Shown piece by piece: positions 9,551 to 18,122 of a stretch of DNA of 64,000 bases. The stretch comes from an uncultured Chloroflexia bacterium (GTDB lineage Bacteria > Chloroflexota > Limnocylindria > Limnocylindrales > CSP1-4), in the NCBI GenBank assembly GCA_963757865.1, contig CAVWSU010000021.1, forward strand, positions 256,522 through 320,521. Reading direction: 5' to 3'. The notes beneath the pieces are model-generated. The model worked only from the letters and a program-made list of their open reading frames with translations. It ran no database searches and was not told where the DNA came from. A program made the position numbers and the translations under genes. Every line of letters begins with the position of its first letter. Position 1 is the stretch's first letter.

Positions 9551-10372
9551 ATGCGCATCTCTGGAGAGATGGCGGGACCTGACCAGGCCGCCCGCGTGAG
9601 ATGGAACACCGGGCGCGGCGCTGCCGCGCACCTGGCCCTGATCATCTGCCTCGCTCTGTCGGTGGCCGCCTGCGGTACTGCCCTGACGCAGGGTTCCCCG
9701 ACAGGAGCCCCGGGCAGCGGGCAACCGGTGGCACGGGCCACCACGCCGGGTGCGGCCGCGACGGGAACGGTGGCGCCATCGGCATCGACGCTGCCGACCG
9801 AACAGTCAGTGGCCAGCATGCCGGCGGCGACCACCGTGCCCACGCCGGTGCCGTCCGGGACCATAGCCGTGCACGGTGCCACGACGACGTTCACGTCCGT
9901 CCGGTATGGGTACAGCGTGCAGGTCGGCACGGCGGACTGGATCGTTTCGGAGACGCCGGGCACGTGGGACGGCGTCCTCGCGCTCAACGACCCCTACGCG
10001 GAATCGGGGACCGACTGGCTCAAGGAGCCGGGCATCGCGACCGTCCAGATCGGTGTGCTTGCGGTCCCCCCTGGGACGACCGTCTCGGCGTGGGAGGCCA
10101 GCGAGGCTCCATCGGTCAGGAAGCTTGCCTGCACCGAGGCTGCTTCGACCCAGACCGTGACGGTCTCAGGGCTCCAGGTGCTGCTGCTCCCGGAAACCTG
10201 TCCGAAGACCGTGGTGGGTGAGTTCCCGGGCAACCAGTACTTCCTGAATGCGTTCTTCGTGCACGGCGCGACAGGCGTGATCGCTCAATGGCGCTCCGAG
10301 CAGGGCCACGCGGCGGCCGATCGAGCCACGTTCCTTCGGATCCTGGGAACCATGAAGTGGGTGCCCGCCTGA
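9551..10372 (+). CDS. Lipoprotein of unknown function.
   Basis: ATG 9551 follows 'ggaggag'. The lipobox is 'LALSVAACG', followed by a Pro/Thr/Ala-rich linker and then a globular domain. Confidence 0.65.
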   Translation: MRISGEMAGPDQAARVRWNTGRGAAAHLALIICLALSVAACGTALTQGSPTGAPGSGQPVARATTPGAAATGTVAPSASTLPTEQSVASMPAATTVPTPVPSGTIAVHGATTTFTSVRYGYSVQVGTADWIVSETPGTWDGVLALNDPYAESGTDWLKEPGIATVQIGVLAVPPGTTVSAWEASEAPSVRKLACTEAASTQTVTVSGLQVLLLPETCPKTVVGEFPGNQYFLNAFFVHGATGVIAQWRSEQGHAAADRATFLRILGTMKWVPA

Positions 10373-10380
10373 CCATACAT

Positions 10381-10398
10381 GGCCACGGGGCCGTGGCC
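10381..10398 (+). terminator. GC hairpin downstream of the lipoprotein gene.
   Basis: 'ggccacgg-gg-ccgtggcc' is an 8-bp perfect stem 9 nt after the stop. There is no U-tract, which is common in high-GC genomes. Confidence 0.45.
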
Positions 10399-10598
10399 TC
10401 ATCGCCGGCCGGCTCCGCTCCGGCGGCCGATCGCAAGCGGATGGACGCGCGGCGTGTGCCACCGCGGGCCCGGGCCTGATACGCTCCCCGTGAACGTCCC
10501 GGCCGGTTTGCGCAGGGCGCAGTCTTGATCCTCGCGTGCTCCGCGAGGGTGGCCCGAGGAGGGTCGGACACCACCGGTTGGTGATCGTCGTCACGCGG

Positions 10599-10685
10599 GC
10601 CGAAGTGGCGGAACAGGCAGACGCGACGGTCTCAAAAACCGTTGAGGGCAACCTCGTCCGGGTTCGATCCCCGGCTTCGGCACCA
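10599..10685 (+). tRNA. tRNA-Leu (anticodon CAA), type II with a long variable arm; CCA is encoded.
   Basis: Hand-folded: acceptor GCCGAAG/CTTCGGC, D-loop with GG, anticodon stem ACGGT/ACCGT with loop CTCAAAA, variable arm 'TGAGGGCAACCTCGT', T-arm CCGGG-TTCGATC-CCCGG, then discriminator A and CCA. Confidence 0.85.
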
Positions 10686-10823
10686 CGATCTTGAGCACGG
10701 GATTGCTCCGCCGGCGCCCGGCGGCGTCCGCGCCGTGGGTGGTAGCCGGCCAGAGACTCGAGTGTGGCCTGACCGAAGGGTGCGCACTCTGCCCTGAACG
10801 GGCAGGGTATCCGGGCTCGCGTC

Positions 10824-11096
10824 CTACGCGTCGCGCCGGTCGAGCCGCTCGCGCCACTTCTGCACGGCCAGGACGAGCCACATCGAGCCGTTCAGGGCTG
10901 CCGTGATCGAGGCGAACGGGACCGACAGCGACACGTAGACGGCCATGAAACTGAACGAAACCGCCGAAGTGAGGACGCTCGTCTGCAGCGCCGGCTTGTC
11001 CTTCCCGACCACCGTCGGAATCAGCGCGATGACGAAGATGACCTGCCCGACGGTCAGCACGAGGTCCTGCCAGCTCATGGCGACAGATCGTCGCAT
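10824..11096 (-). CDS. Small three-TM membrane protein of unknown function.
   Basis: Three hydrophobic helices are present: 'LVLTVGQVIFVIALIPTVV', 'SVLTSAVSFSFMAVYVSL' and 'ASITAALNGSMWLVLAV'. An alternative start is ATG 11078. Confidence 0.5.
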   Translation of the reverse strand: MRRSVAMSWQDLVLTVGQVIFVIALIPTVVGKDKPALQTSVLTSAVSFSFMAVYVSLSVPFASITAALNGSMWLVLAVQKWRERLDRRDA

Positions 11097-11186
11097 ACCC
11101 CGAAGCCCGCGCGTGCGGCTCCGGCGGTCCTCACGACCGCCGGAGCCGGGGTATGCGTGCCGGGTGAGGTTCGACAGGTCGGAGCC

Positions 11187-12191
11187 TCAGGGCAATAGCG
11201 GGATCGTGTCGAACACGCCCCACGGGGTGGTCAGACCCGCCCCGTTGATGCTCTGCGTTCCGGTGATCCCCTCGATATACGCGTCGTCGACGAACAGGTA
11301 CAGGGGCTGGCCGTCGTACGTCACCTGGTGCGACCCGTCGGGCCTCACGATGATCCCGAGGGCGTGCTGGTCGACGCCGGGCCCGGCCACTGGCCGCATG
11401 GAGGTGAGGACCGGCTGCCAGATCAGGGCACATTGCCCCTCGCAGGCGCTCGCATGGCCGCTGTCCGTGCTCAGGGTGTAGGCGGGGAAGCTCGCATCCG
11501 GGAAGACGCTGAAGTCGTTGTTCATCGTGGCGGCCAGCACCTCGGTGCCGCCGACCGACTCGACCTGCAACTCGGCCTCACCCTGCGCAGCAAGGCCGCG
11601 ACTGGGGTCGACGAGGTACCAGGTGCCCGCAGGGCTGGTCACCGGGTCGAACAGGTTGGCCCCCTCCGTTTCCCCCGGCGTTTCGTCGAAGAGGAACCGG
11701 TACAGCGGCAGGCCGGCGTAGGTCACCTGCCGCACCGACTCGCCCGGGCCGAGGAACGGAAAGTCGGTGCGTGTCACCGTCCCGAGGAGGGTGGGGTTGA
11801 CTCCCGGCCCGGCGATGGGGGCGCCGTCGGTGAGGAGCGCCGGCCACAGGACCGTGTCGCACGGCGCCCCAAGCACGTTCGCGTTGTCGCTGCACGCGAA
11901 GTCCGCGCCGGACAGCGCATGGAGCTCGTCGGACGTGAGCACGTACAGCGAGCAACCCGCGTAGCCCGTCGAGCCCTCGACCAGCACCCGGCCGTAGGGT
12001 GTCGACACAGCCGACACGGTCGCCGGGCCGGTCGGGGCGCTGGTCACGGCGGTGCTGCACGCAATTTGACTCGGAGCGCTCACGGCCTGGGCGCTCACGG
12101 GTGAACTGAACACGAGCGTCGCGGCAGTGAGCCCCAGGCTCATTGCCGCGGCCGCGGCGCGGCTCCAGCGCCGGCTGGACAGCATCGTCAT
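11187..12191 (-). CDS. Secreted repeat protein, COG4315-like (Yx[FWY]xxD motif family).
   Basis: ATG 12191 follows 'ggaggt'. The signal peptide is 'MTMLSSRRWSRAAAAAMSLGLTAATLVFSSPVSAQA', and the motifs 'LPLYRFLFDE' and 'QPLYLFVDDA' are present. The long upstream part of ORF 11187..12983 is Arg-rich junk. Confidence 0.75.
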   Translation of the reverse strand: MTMLSSRRWSRAAAAAMSLGLTAATLVFSSPVSAQAVSAPSQIACSTAVTSAPTGPATVSAVSTPYGRVLVEGSTGYAGCSLYVLTSDELHALSGADFACSDNANVLGAPCDTVLWPALLTDGAPIAGPGVNPTLLGTVTRTDFPFLGPGESVRQVTYAGLPLYRFLFDETPGETEGANLFDPVTSPAGTWYLVDPSRGLAAQGEAELQVESVGGTEVLAATMNNDFSVFPDASFPAYTLSTDSGHASACEGQCALIWQPVLTSMRPVAGPGVDQHALGIIVRPDGSHQVTYDGQPLYLFVDDAYIEGITGTQSINGAGLTTPWGVFDTIPLLP

Positions 12192-12211
12192 GACGACCTC
12201 CAATCCTCTCT

Positions 12212-12460
12212 TCACAGTTCGACCTGGAGCTCGTATACCTCGCGCGTCGGGTGGCCGGCGCGTTCGTGGATGCGCATGACCGCCTCCCTCGTCGGGCCGG
12301 TGGACATGCAGAAGACCTTCCCGGATTCGGGGTCGAGCCACGCCCGCTCGAAGTGCACGCTCTCGTCGGCCTCGATCTCGAGGTCGCGCGCGTGCGCCTC
12401 CGCAAGCTGCTCCCTGGTCACCTGGAAGAAGCCGGAGTGCACGTCCATGAATTTGGTCAT
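12212..12460 (-). CDS. DUF4242-like small protein (SCO4226-type).
   Basis: 82 aa: 'MTKFMDVHSGFFQVTREQLAEAHARDLEIEADESVHFERAWLDPESGKVFCMSTGP'. It lies 20 nt upstream of the COG4315-like gene on the same strand. Confidence 0.75.
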   Translation of the reverse strand: MTKFMDVHSGFFQVTREQLAEAHARDLEIEADESVHFERAWLDPESGKVFCMSTGPTREAVMRIHERAGHPTREVYELQVEL

Positions 12461-12580
12461 CGGAACCTCCCTGCCTGCGGCTCGAGCTTGTCTGCTCGTC
12501 GACCGGTGGCTCCCAGCCTGACTCGTGCGGCGCCCTCGTCATCCGGGCCCCGACCGACCTGCGTTCCGCGCCTTTCCGGC

Positions 12581-12606
12581 GGTCATCGGTCGTTCGACCG
12601 ATGACC
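12581..12606. promoter_or_regulatory. Perfect 12-bp-arm palindrome 29 nt upstream of the LAL regulator start (candidate operator or 5'-UTR hairpin).
   Basis: 'ggtcatcggtcg-tt-cgaccgatgacc', in the 174-nt divergent region between the DUF4242 and LAL genes. Confidence 0.35.
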
Positions 12607-12634
12607 CCTCGACACGAGGTCGTAGATTCCGTCG

Positions 12635-15571
12635 ATGAGCAGAGCCCGACAGCTCCTGTGCCCCATCCTCGTCGGCCGCGACGACCTCCTCGAGCTGATC
12701 GATGGGCTGACGGCCGATGCGCGCGATGGCCGGGGCCACGCGCTCTTCCTCTCGGGTCAGGCCGGCCTGGGCAAGACGCGCCTGATCCGGGCGGCGATAC
12801 GGAAGGCCGAGGCGGCCGGGATGCGCGTCGACGGCGGCGCCGTCGCGCCGCAGGACCACCAGGTGCCGCTCGCCTCGATCCGCGAGATGGCCACGGGCAT
12901 GCGTGGCAACAAAGCCTTCGGCAGCCTTTCGGAGGACCTGCTCGCCATCGATGGTCGCCACGACGGGGATGCGCTCGGCGCACGTCGGTTGATCGTCCGT
13001 TCAGCGGCCGACCGCATCCTGGAAGCCATGGACCGGCCGACCATGCTCATATTCGACGACCTCCACTGGACCGATGAGCTGAGCCTCGAGGTCATCGGTG
13101 AGCTGGCCCGCCACGCGGCCGACCGGCCGCTCTTCCTCCTCGGCGGGTACCGCGCCGACGAGTTCCCCGCGGACACGATCCACCGTGAATGGCGCGCCAG
13201 ACTGCTCAGCCAGCGGCACGCCGAAGAGGCCCGCCTGCGGCCGCTGACTCCGGAGGAGACGTCGATCGCCACGACGCTCATTCTCGGAGGCGAGCTGCCG
13301 GCGCCGAGTGACGTCGTGGAGGCGGTCCACGCGCGGACGAACGGGATCCCCCTGCACATCGAGGAGCTGCTCGCCGCGCTCGACGACGACGCTCGGACCG
13401 ACGGGCGGCTCATCCGTGAGGCGCACGTGCCGGATACCATCGCCGACGCGGTCCTCGCCCGCCTGTCACGGCTCTCGGACGACGCGCAGATGGTCGCCCG
13501 GGCGGGCGCCGTGGTCGGCCGATGCTTCAGCCCGGACGTCCTCGCAGGCATCGTCGATCGTCCCTGGCGTGAGCTGGAGCCGACGATCGACGAGCTGGTG
13601 GACGCGGCCATCCTCCACCCGTTCAACTACATCGACCACGGCTACTACGACTTCAGGCACCAACTCCTCCGCGACGCCGTCTACGGTTCCGTCCCGCCGT
13701 CCGAGCTGCGCCGCTTCCACGCCCAGGCCGCCGAGTTCGTGATGAGCCTGGAGGCGGCGAGCATCGTCCACGTCTCGCGCCACTACGAGCGGGCCGGGAT
13801 GCGCGCCCAGGCATTCCAGGCGGCCCTGGCCGCCGCCCGCGAGGCGAGCCGCATCTCCGCCCGCCAGGAGGCGTACGAGCTGTACCAGCGGGCGATCGCC
13901 AATATGCCGGCCGACCTGCCGGTGGCCGAGCAGGCCGGGCTCTACGAGGCGTTCTCCGATGCGGCCAACGCGATCGAGCGGAACGACGACTGCGTGACGG
14001 CCGCATCCCGGGCGCGCGAGCTGTACTTCGAGGCGGCGATGCCCCTCAAGGCGGCGGCCATGCTCATTGGGATGTCCGTTGACGCGGCTCGCAACGGGGC
14101 GCCGAGCGGGGAGATGCGCTCGTACACCGAACGGGCGCTTGGGGAGATCGCGGACCTGCCTGTCACCCGGGACCGCGAGCAGCTCAGGGCCTGGCTCCTG
14201 GTCTCGCGTGCAAGCGACTGGTTGTTTGCCTCCGACCTGGTGGCGGCACGTTCGGACGCCATGGCGGCCCGTCAGCTGGCCGAGGCTTTCGGGGATCGGG
14301 AGGCGGTCCTGGAGACCGACCTTCTGCTTGCCAGGATCGATATCGTCGAGGGCCGGTACGAGAGTGGGCTTCGCGACGGCATGCGGGCGGCACGCGAGGC
14401 GCGGGACGCCGGCTACGAGTCCGTTGGCGTCACCGGCTACCGCAATCTTGCGATCATGGCGGCGCGGATCATGGACGCCCGCACGGCAGAACTGGCCATG
14501 CGCGAAGGGCTGCAGTACGCGGACGCCATCGAGCAGTCGCACTGCCGCCAGATGATGGCGACGACGAGCGCGTTTCTCGATTGGGGCGCCGGCCGCTGGG
14601 ACGCGGCCGATCAGCGGGCGCGACAGGAGCTTGTGGAGCGGGGCTGCGGGCGTGGCGTGATCGGTGCGCTCGACGTCATCGGGCTCGTCGCGCTCGGCCG
14701 CGGCCGGACGGAGGAGGCCCGGCGCTGGCTCGACGAGTCCCTGGCGACAGGACGTCAGATCGCCGAGGTGCAGCTCATCCTGACCCCGTTGTGGGGCCTT
14801 GCCGAGACCGATCTGCTCGAAGGCGATGCGGCTGCGGCGGCCGCTCGTTGCGAGGAGGCCCGGTCGATCGCCGGCGCGGCGGGCGAGCGGGCGCTCTTCA
14901 TCCCGTTCGTCGTGACGGGCGCGCGCAGCCTCGTCGCCGCGCGACGTCCGGACGAGGCCGAGCGATGGGTCGCGCGCGCCCGCGAGTACCTGGCCGGCTG
15001 GGAGTCCGTCGCCGGGCCTGCGCTGAGCCACGCCGACGGGCTCGTGCGCCTGGCGGGCGGATCCCTCTCCGCGGCTCGCGAGGCGCTCGAGCGGGCGGCC
15101 CGCGGCTGGGAGGAGCGCGGTCGCACCTGGGAGGCCCTCGCGGCGGGCCTCGACCTGGCTCACTGCCTCATCCGGATGAACCGTCATGCCGAGGCAACGG
15201 CCGCGGTGGCCGACGTTCGGGCCAGGGCATTCGCCCTCGGGAGCGCCCCTCTCGTCGCCCGGGCGGACGAGCTGGCGAAGGCGAGCCGCGGCCATGCCCC
15301 CGACGAAGAGCCCTGGCGGCCGCTCACCGTTCGCGAGTACGAGGTCGCGCGGCTGATCGCCGGCGGCTTGACCAACGCGGAGATCGCGGTCGAGCTCTCC
15401 GTGTCGCCACGCACGGTCGGCGCACACGTGGAGCACGTCCTCGCCAAGCTCGGCGCGGCGCGTCGGGCGGAGATCGCGAGCTGGGTGGCCACGACCGCGT
15501 CCCCGGCTCCGCGTCACCTCGACGCCGCGCGGCACCGCACGAGGAAGTCGCACTCGACCGAGCTTGCCTGA
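12635..15571 (+). CDS. Large ATP-binding LuxR-family regulator (LAL type: AAA/STAND NTPase + TPR-like region + C-terminal LuxR HTH).
   Basis: Walker A is 'LSGQAGLGKT', Walker B is 'MLIFDDLHWTDE', and the C-terminal HTH is 'LTVREYEVARLIAGGLTNAEIAVELSVSPRTVGAHVEHVLAKLG'. Confidence 0.85.
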   Translation: MSRARQLLCPILVGRDDLLELIDGLTADARDGRGHALFLSGQAGLGKTRLIRAAIRKAEAAGMRVDGGAVAPQDHQVPLASIREMATGMRGNKAFGSLSEDLLAIDGRHDGDALGARRLIVRSAADRILEAMDRPTMLIFDDLHWTDELSLEVIGELARHAADRPLFLLGGYRADEFPADTIHREWRARLLSQRHAEEARLRPLTPEETSIATTLILGGELPAPSDVVEAVHARTNGIPLHIEELLAALDDDARTDGRLIREAHVPDTIADAVLARLSRLSDDAQMVARAGAVVGRCFSPDVLAGIVDRPWRELEPTIDELVDAAILHPFNYIDHGYYDFRHQLLRDAVYGSVPPSELRRFHAQAAEFVMSLEAASIVHVSRHYERAGMRAQAFQAALAAAREASRISARQEAYELYQRAIANMPADLPVAEQAGLYEAFSDAANAIERNDDCVTAASRARELYFEAAMPLKAAAMLIGMSVDAARNGAPSGEMRSYTERALGEIADLPVTRDREQLRAWLLVSRASDWLFASDLVAARSDAMAARQLAEAFGDREAVLETDLLLARIDIVEGRYESGLRDGMRAAREARDAGYESVGVTGYRNLAIMAARIMDARTAELAMREGLQYADAIEQSHCRQMMATTSAFLDWGAGRWDAADQRARQELVERGCGRGVIGALDVIGLVALGRGRTEEARRWLDESLATGRQIAEVQLILTPLWGLAETDLLEGDAAAAAARCEEARSIAGAAGERALFIPFVVTGARSLVAARRPDEAERWVARAREYLAGWESVAGPALSHADGLVRLAGGSLSAAREALERAARGWEERGRTWEALAAGLDLAHCLIRMNRHAEATAAVADVRARAFALGSAPLVARADELAKASRGHAPDEEPWRPLTVREYEVARLIAGGLTNAEIAVELSVSPRTVGAHVEHVLAKLGAARRAEIASWVATTASPAPRHLDAARHRTRKSHSTELA

Positions 15572-17036
15572 TCGAACAGCGCGCCCGGGTGGTAGAGGAG
15601 CCCGAAGTGGCCGCCGACCTGCCGTGACCCCACCACTGGAACGCACGGGCTCGACCCGGCGCGCCGTACCCGCGCTCGGCGCGGTTCTCGCGCTGCTCCT
15701 GCTCACGATCGGTGTGGCAACGCTCGGCAGGCCGCCCGTGACCGCACCGGCCCTGCCGCACTCGTCGTCCTCGTCGCCCGCAGCATCCCGATCCGAGGGG
15801 TCGGCACCGTCCGCTGGCCTGTCCGGGCCGCCCTCGACTGCGCATCCCGTGCCATCTCCCGCCGGATCCACTGCTACCCGTGTGCCCGCGCCGGACACGG
15901 CCTTCACCACGCCCTTGCCCCCCTCGGCGACCGCCGCCTGGACACAGCTGCGCTGGGAGAGGCTCGACGCGGCCGACCCGCTCACGCTCGTGCGCTCCGT
16001 GCTGCGCTGGCGAGGCGGCTTCTTCGCCGTGGGCTGGGACGGCGCCTCCACGCCGGCCTGGACGTCTCCGGACGGGGTGCACTGGGACCCGCTGCCGTTC
16101 AACACCGGCACGACGTTCTGGCCCGGGTCGCTGATCGTCGCCGTGGCCGAGTCCTCCCGCGGGCTCGTGGCACTCACCATGCTGGGGGTGGGCAACGGCT
16201 GTGGCGGCGAGCTCCAGTGCGAGACGTTCCAGCCCGGCCTGGGAGTCTGGACCTCGCCCGATGGCCGGACATGGCATCCCGAGGCCGCGGGCAGCGGCAG
16301 CCTCATGCGCGATCTCGCCCGCCCACCGCTCCTGGCCTCCGGACCGCACGGGCTCGTGATGGTGTCGGCGACGCCCCCGGCGCAGGTGGCCGTCACGCCG
16401 GATGGTGCCCGATGGACGGACGTGCCTCCCGGCGCCCTGCCGGCCGACGTGCGGCCCGTTGGACTGGCCGCGACCACGCGCGGATTCGTCCTGGTGGGGA
16501 CACAGGCATCGAGCATCGACCCTGGACCGGCCGTGGCGATGTTCTCATCCGACGGCACGGCGTGGTCGGTACCGTCGCCCATGATCGCGGGAGCGGGGGC
16601 GGCGCTCGCCAGCACCGCGCCCGAGTGGGGCGTGAACACGCTCCTGGAGGCGCGCGGGGGCCTGGTCGCGAAGGGCGGCTCCTACTCGACCCCCGGCGAG
16701 GCCATCTGGTGGCATTCCGCGGATGGGCGCCACTGGGTCGACCTTCCCCGGTGGCCGCCACTCGGGCCGACGACCTGCACCGGCGCCGGCTGCGGAGGCC
16801 AGCCGAACGGGACGCTGCTCGCAGACGGTTCGCGCATGGTGGCCATCCGGGGCGGGACCGGGGCCGCCGCGTGGACGTCGTCCGACGGTATCGCCTGGAG
16901 GCGCCTCGCCGTTGGCGGCGAGGCGCCGCGCCCGGAAGCGACCGGCGATGGCGAGCCCAACCCCCAGGTTCTGCTGCCGTTCGGCGTCCTCGTGTCCGAC
17001 GGCCGGACGACCTGGCTCGGGGTGGCGGAGGGATAG
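15564..17036 (+). CDS. Membrane-anchored beta-propeller protein with Asp-box-like repeats. The start is uncertain (GTG 15624 is possible).
   Basis: The TM is 'AVPALGAVLALLLLTIGVATL'. Six repeats of S/T-x-DG-x-x-W are present: 'TSPDGVHW', 'TSPDGRTW', 'TPDGARW', 'SSDGTAW', 'SADGRHW', 'SSDGIAW'. It overlaps the LAL stop. Confidence 0.6.
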   Translation: MPDRTARPGGRGARSGRRPAVTPPLERTGSTRRAVPALGAVLALLLLTIGVATLGRPPVTAPALPHSSSSSPAASRSEGSAPSAGLSGPPSTAHPVPSPAGSTATRVPAPDTAFTTPLPPSATAAWTQLRWERLDAADPLTLVRSVLRWRGGFFAVGWDGASTPAWTSPDGVHWDPLPFNTGTTFWPGSLIVAVAESSRGLVALTMLGVGNGCGGELQCETFQPGLGVWTSPDGRTWHPEAAGSGSLMRDLARPPLLASGPHGLVMVSATPPAQVAVTPDGARWTDVPPGALPADVRPVGLAATTRGFVLVGTQASSIDPGPAVAMFSSDGTAWSVPSPMIAGAGAALASTAPEWGVNTLLEARGGLVAKGGSYSTPGEAIWWHSADGRHWVDLPRWPPLGPTTCTGAGCGGQPNGTLLADGSRMVAIRGGTGAAAWTSSDGIAWRRLAVGGEAPRPEATGDGEPNPQVLLPFGVLVSDGRTTWLGVAEG

Positions 17037-17097
17037 AGGCCCCCGGCACGCGTCGGCCCCCAACTCGTGCCGCAGACGCTCGCCGCGGCCCGCCCGA

Positions 17098-18099
17098 TCA
17101 GCTCCGCGACGTCCCGCGAAGCGGAGGCCGACGCCGAGTCGTCGGGCCAGGCCCCTCCCCCAGGGTCAGCGTCCCCGCCTGCCAGCCGACGGGAATCGGG
17201 TCGCTCAGGGCACCCACGAACGACCCCGCGTCCCGGCCGTTGAGGAACGCGAGCATGACGGGTTGCCCCGAACGGTCGGTCACGACCCGCCCGGCGAAGA
17301 GCCGCTCGTCGGCCAGCAGACGTGCGTTCGCCGTGTCGAATGGCCCCAGGACGCTCGGAGCCGCGACGGCCCACACGCCACCGGCCGACCCTGACCTCGC
17401 CCGCTCGCCGCCGAGCTCGATGGCCTTGCACGAGAAGACCAGCACCGGCCGTCCATCGACGACGTCGACCTGCGACGCTTCGAGGTGGCCGAACCCGGAG
17501 CCGGGGGCGGAGAGCGGGGGCATGATCTCCCATCGCTCCAGGTCCGCGGACCGCGCGTGCCCGACGACGCCGCGGTCGTCCACCGGCCCGTGGTTGGCGC
17601 GGGCGGTCACGAGCATGTGCCACCCGTCTCCATCCGGGTCGCGGAACACCCATGGATCGCGCCACGCGTCCCCTGGCCACGACGAGTCTCCGTGTCGCTC
17701 GTACCACCGCGGATCCGGGGCGAGCACGGCGCCCGCCGGATGCTTCCGCCACGCGTCAAGATCCTCCGACACCGCCACGCCGATGCGCTGGATGTACGCT
17801 CCGCCGCGCGCGCTCATCCCCGTGTAGAACATGCGCCACGCACCGTCGTCCCCCCGCACCACGGACCCGGTCCACGTCGCGGTGTCGTCGAACGCACCGG
17901 GTTCGCCGGGCGTGACGGCGTCTCCGCGGACGTCCCACTCCCGCAGGTCGACCGAGACCGCGTGGCCAACGCGGGCGTACCGGTGCCGGAGATCGGGATC
18001 GCCCAGGGATCGGGGTGCATGGAGGAAGTACAGGTGCCACTCCCGGCCCGTATCGGCGAGCCAGAAATCCCAGACCCACGAATCCACGAGCTCGAGCAT
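17098..18099 (-). CDS. Intracellular glycoside hydrolase, clan GH-J (GH32/GH68-like five-bladed propeller).
   Basis: ATG 18099. 'SWVWDFWLADTG' resembles the WD nucleophile motif, and 'AWRDPWVF' is an RDP motif. No signal peptide is present. It lies directly downstream of the phosphorylase gene. Confidence 0.65.
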   Translation of the reverse strand: MLELVDSWVWDFWLADTGREWHLYFLHAPRSLGDPDLRHRYARVGHAVSVDLREWDVRGDAVTPGEPGAFDDTATWTGSVVRGDDGAWRMFYTGMSARGGAYIQRIGVAVSEDLDAWRKHPAGAVLAPDPRWYERHGDSSWPGDAWRDPWVFRDPDGDGWHMLVTARANHGPVDDRGVVGHARSADLERWEIMPPLSAPGSGFGHLEASQVDVVDGRPVLVFSCKAIELGGERARSGSAGGVWAVAAPSVLGPFDTANARLLADERLFAGRVVTDRSGQPVMLAFLNGRDAGSFVGALSDPIPVGWQAGTLTLGEGPGPTTRRRPPLRGTSRS

Positions 18100-18122
18100 C
18101 CCGTCGCTCCTCGCCCCGACGG

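Noticed and set aside
10599-11186. tRNA-Leu as a possible genomic-island integration site.
   Set aside because: There is no integrase or recombinase, and I noticed no repeat of the tRNA 3' end downstream. The flanking genes look like ordinary chromosomal genes.
12635-15571. STAND NTPases (this LAL protein and the MalT-like gene at 62451) as antiviral Avs-like defence proteins.
   Set aside because: The LAL protein ends in a LuxR-type HTH after a TPR-like region. The MalT-like gene shows the colinear NTPase N-terminus, but its C-terminus lies outside the window. No nuclease or other effector domain is seen in either.
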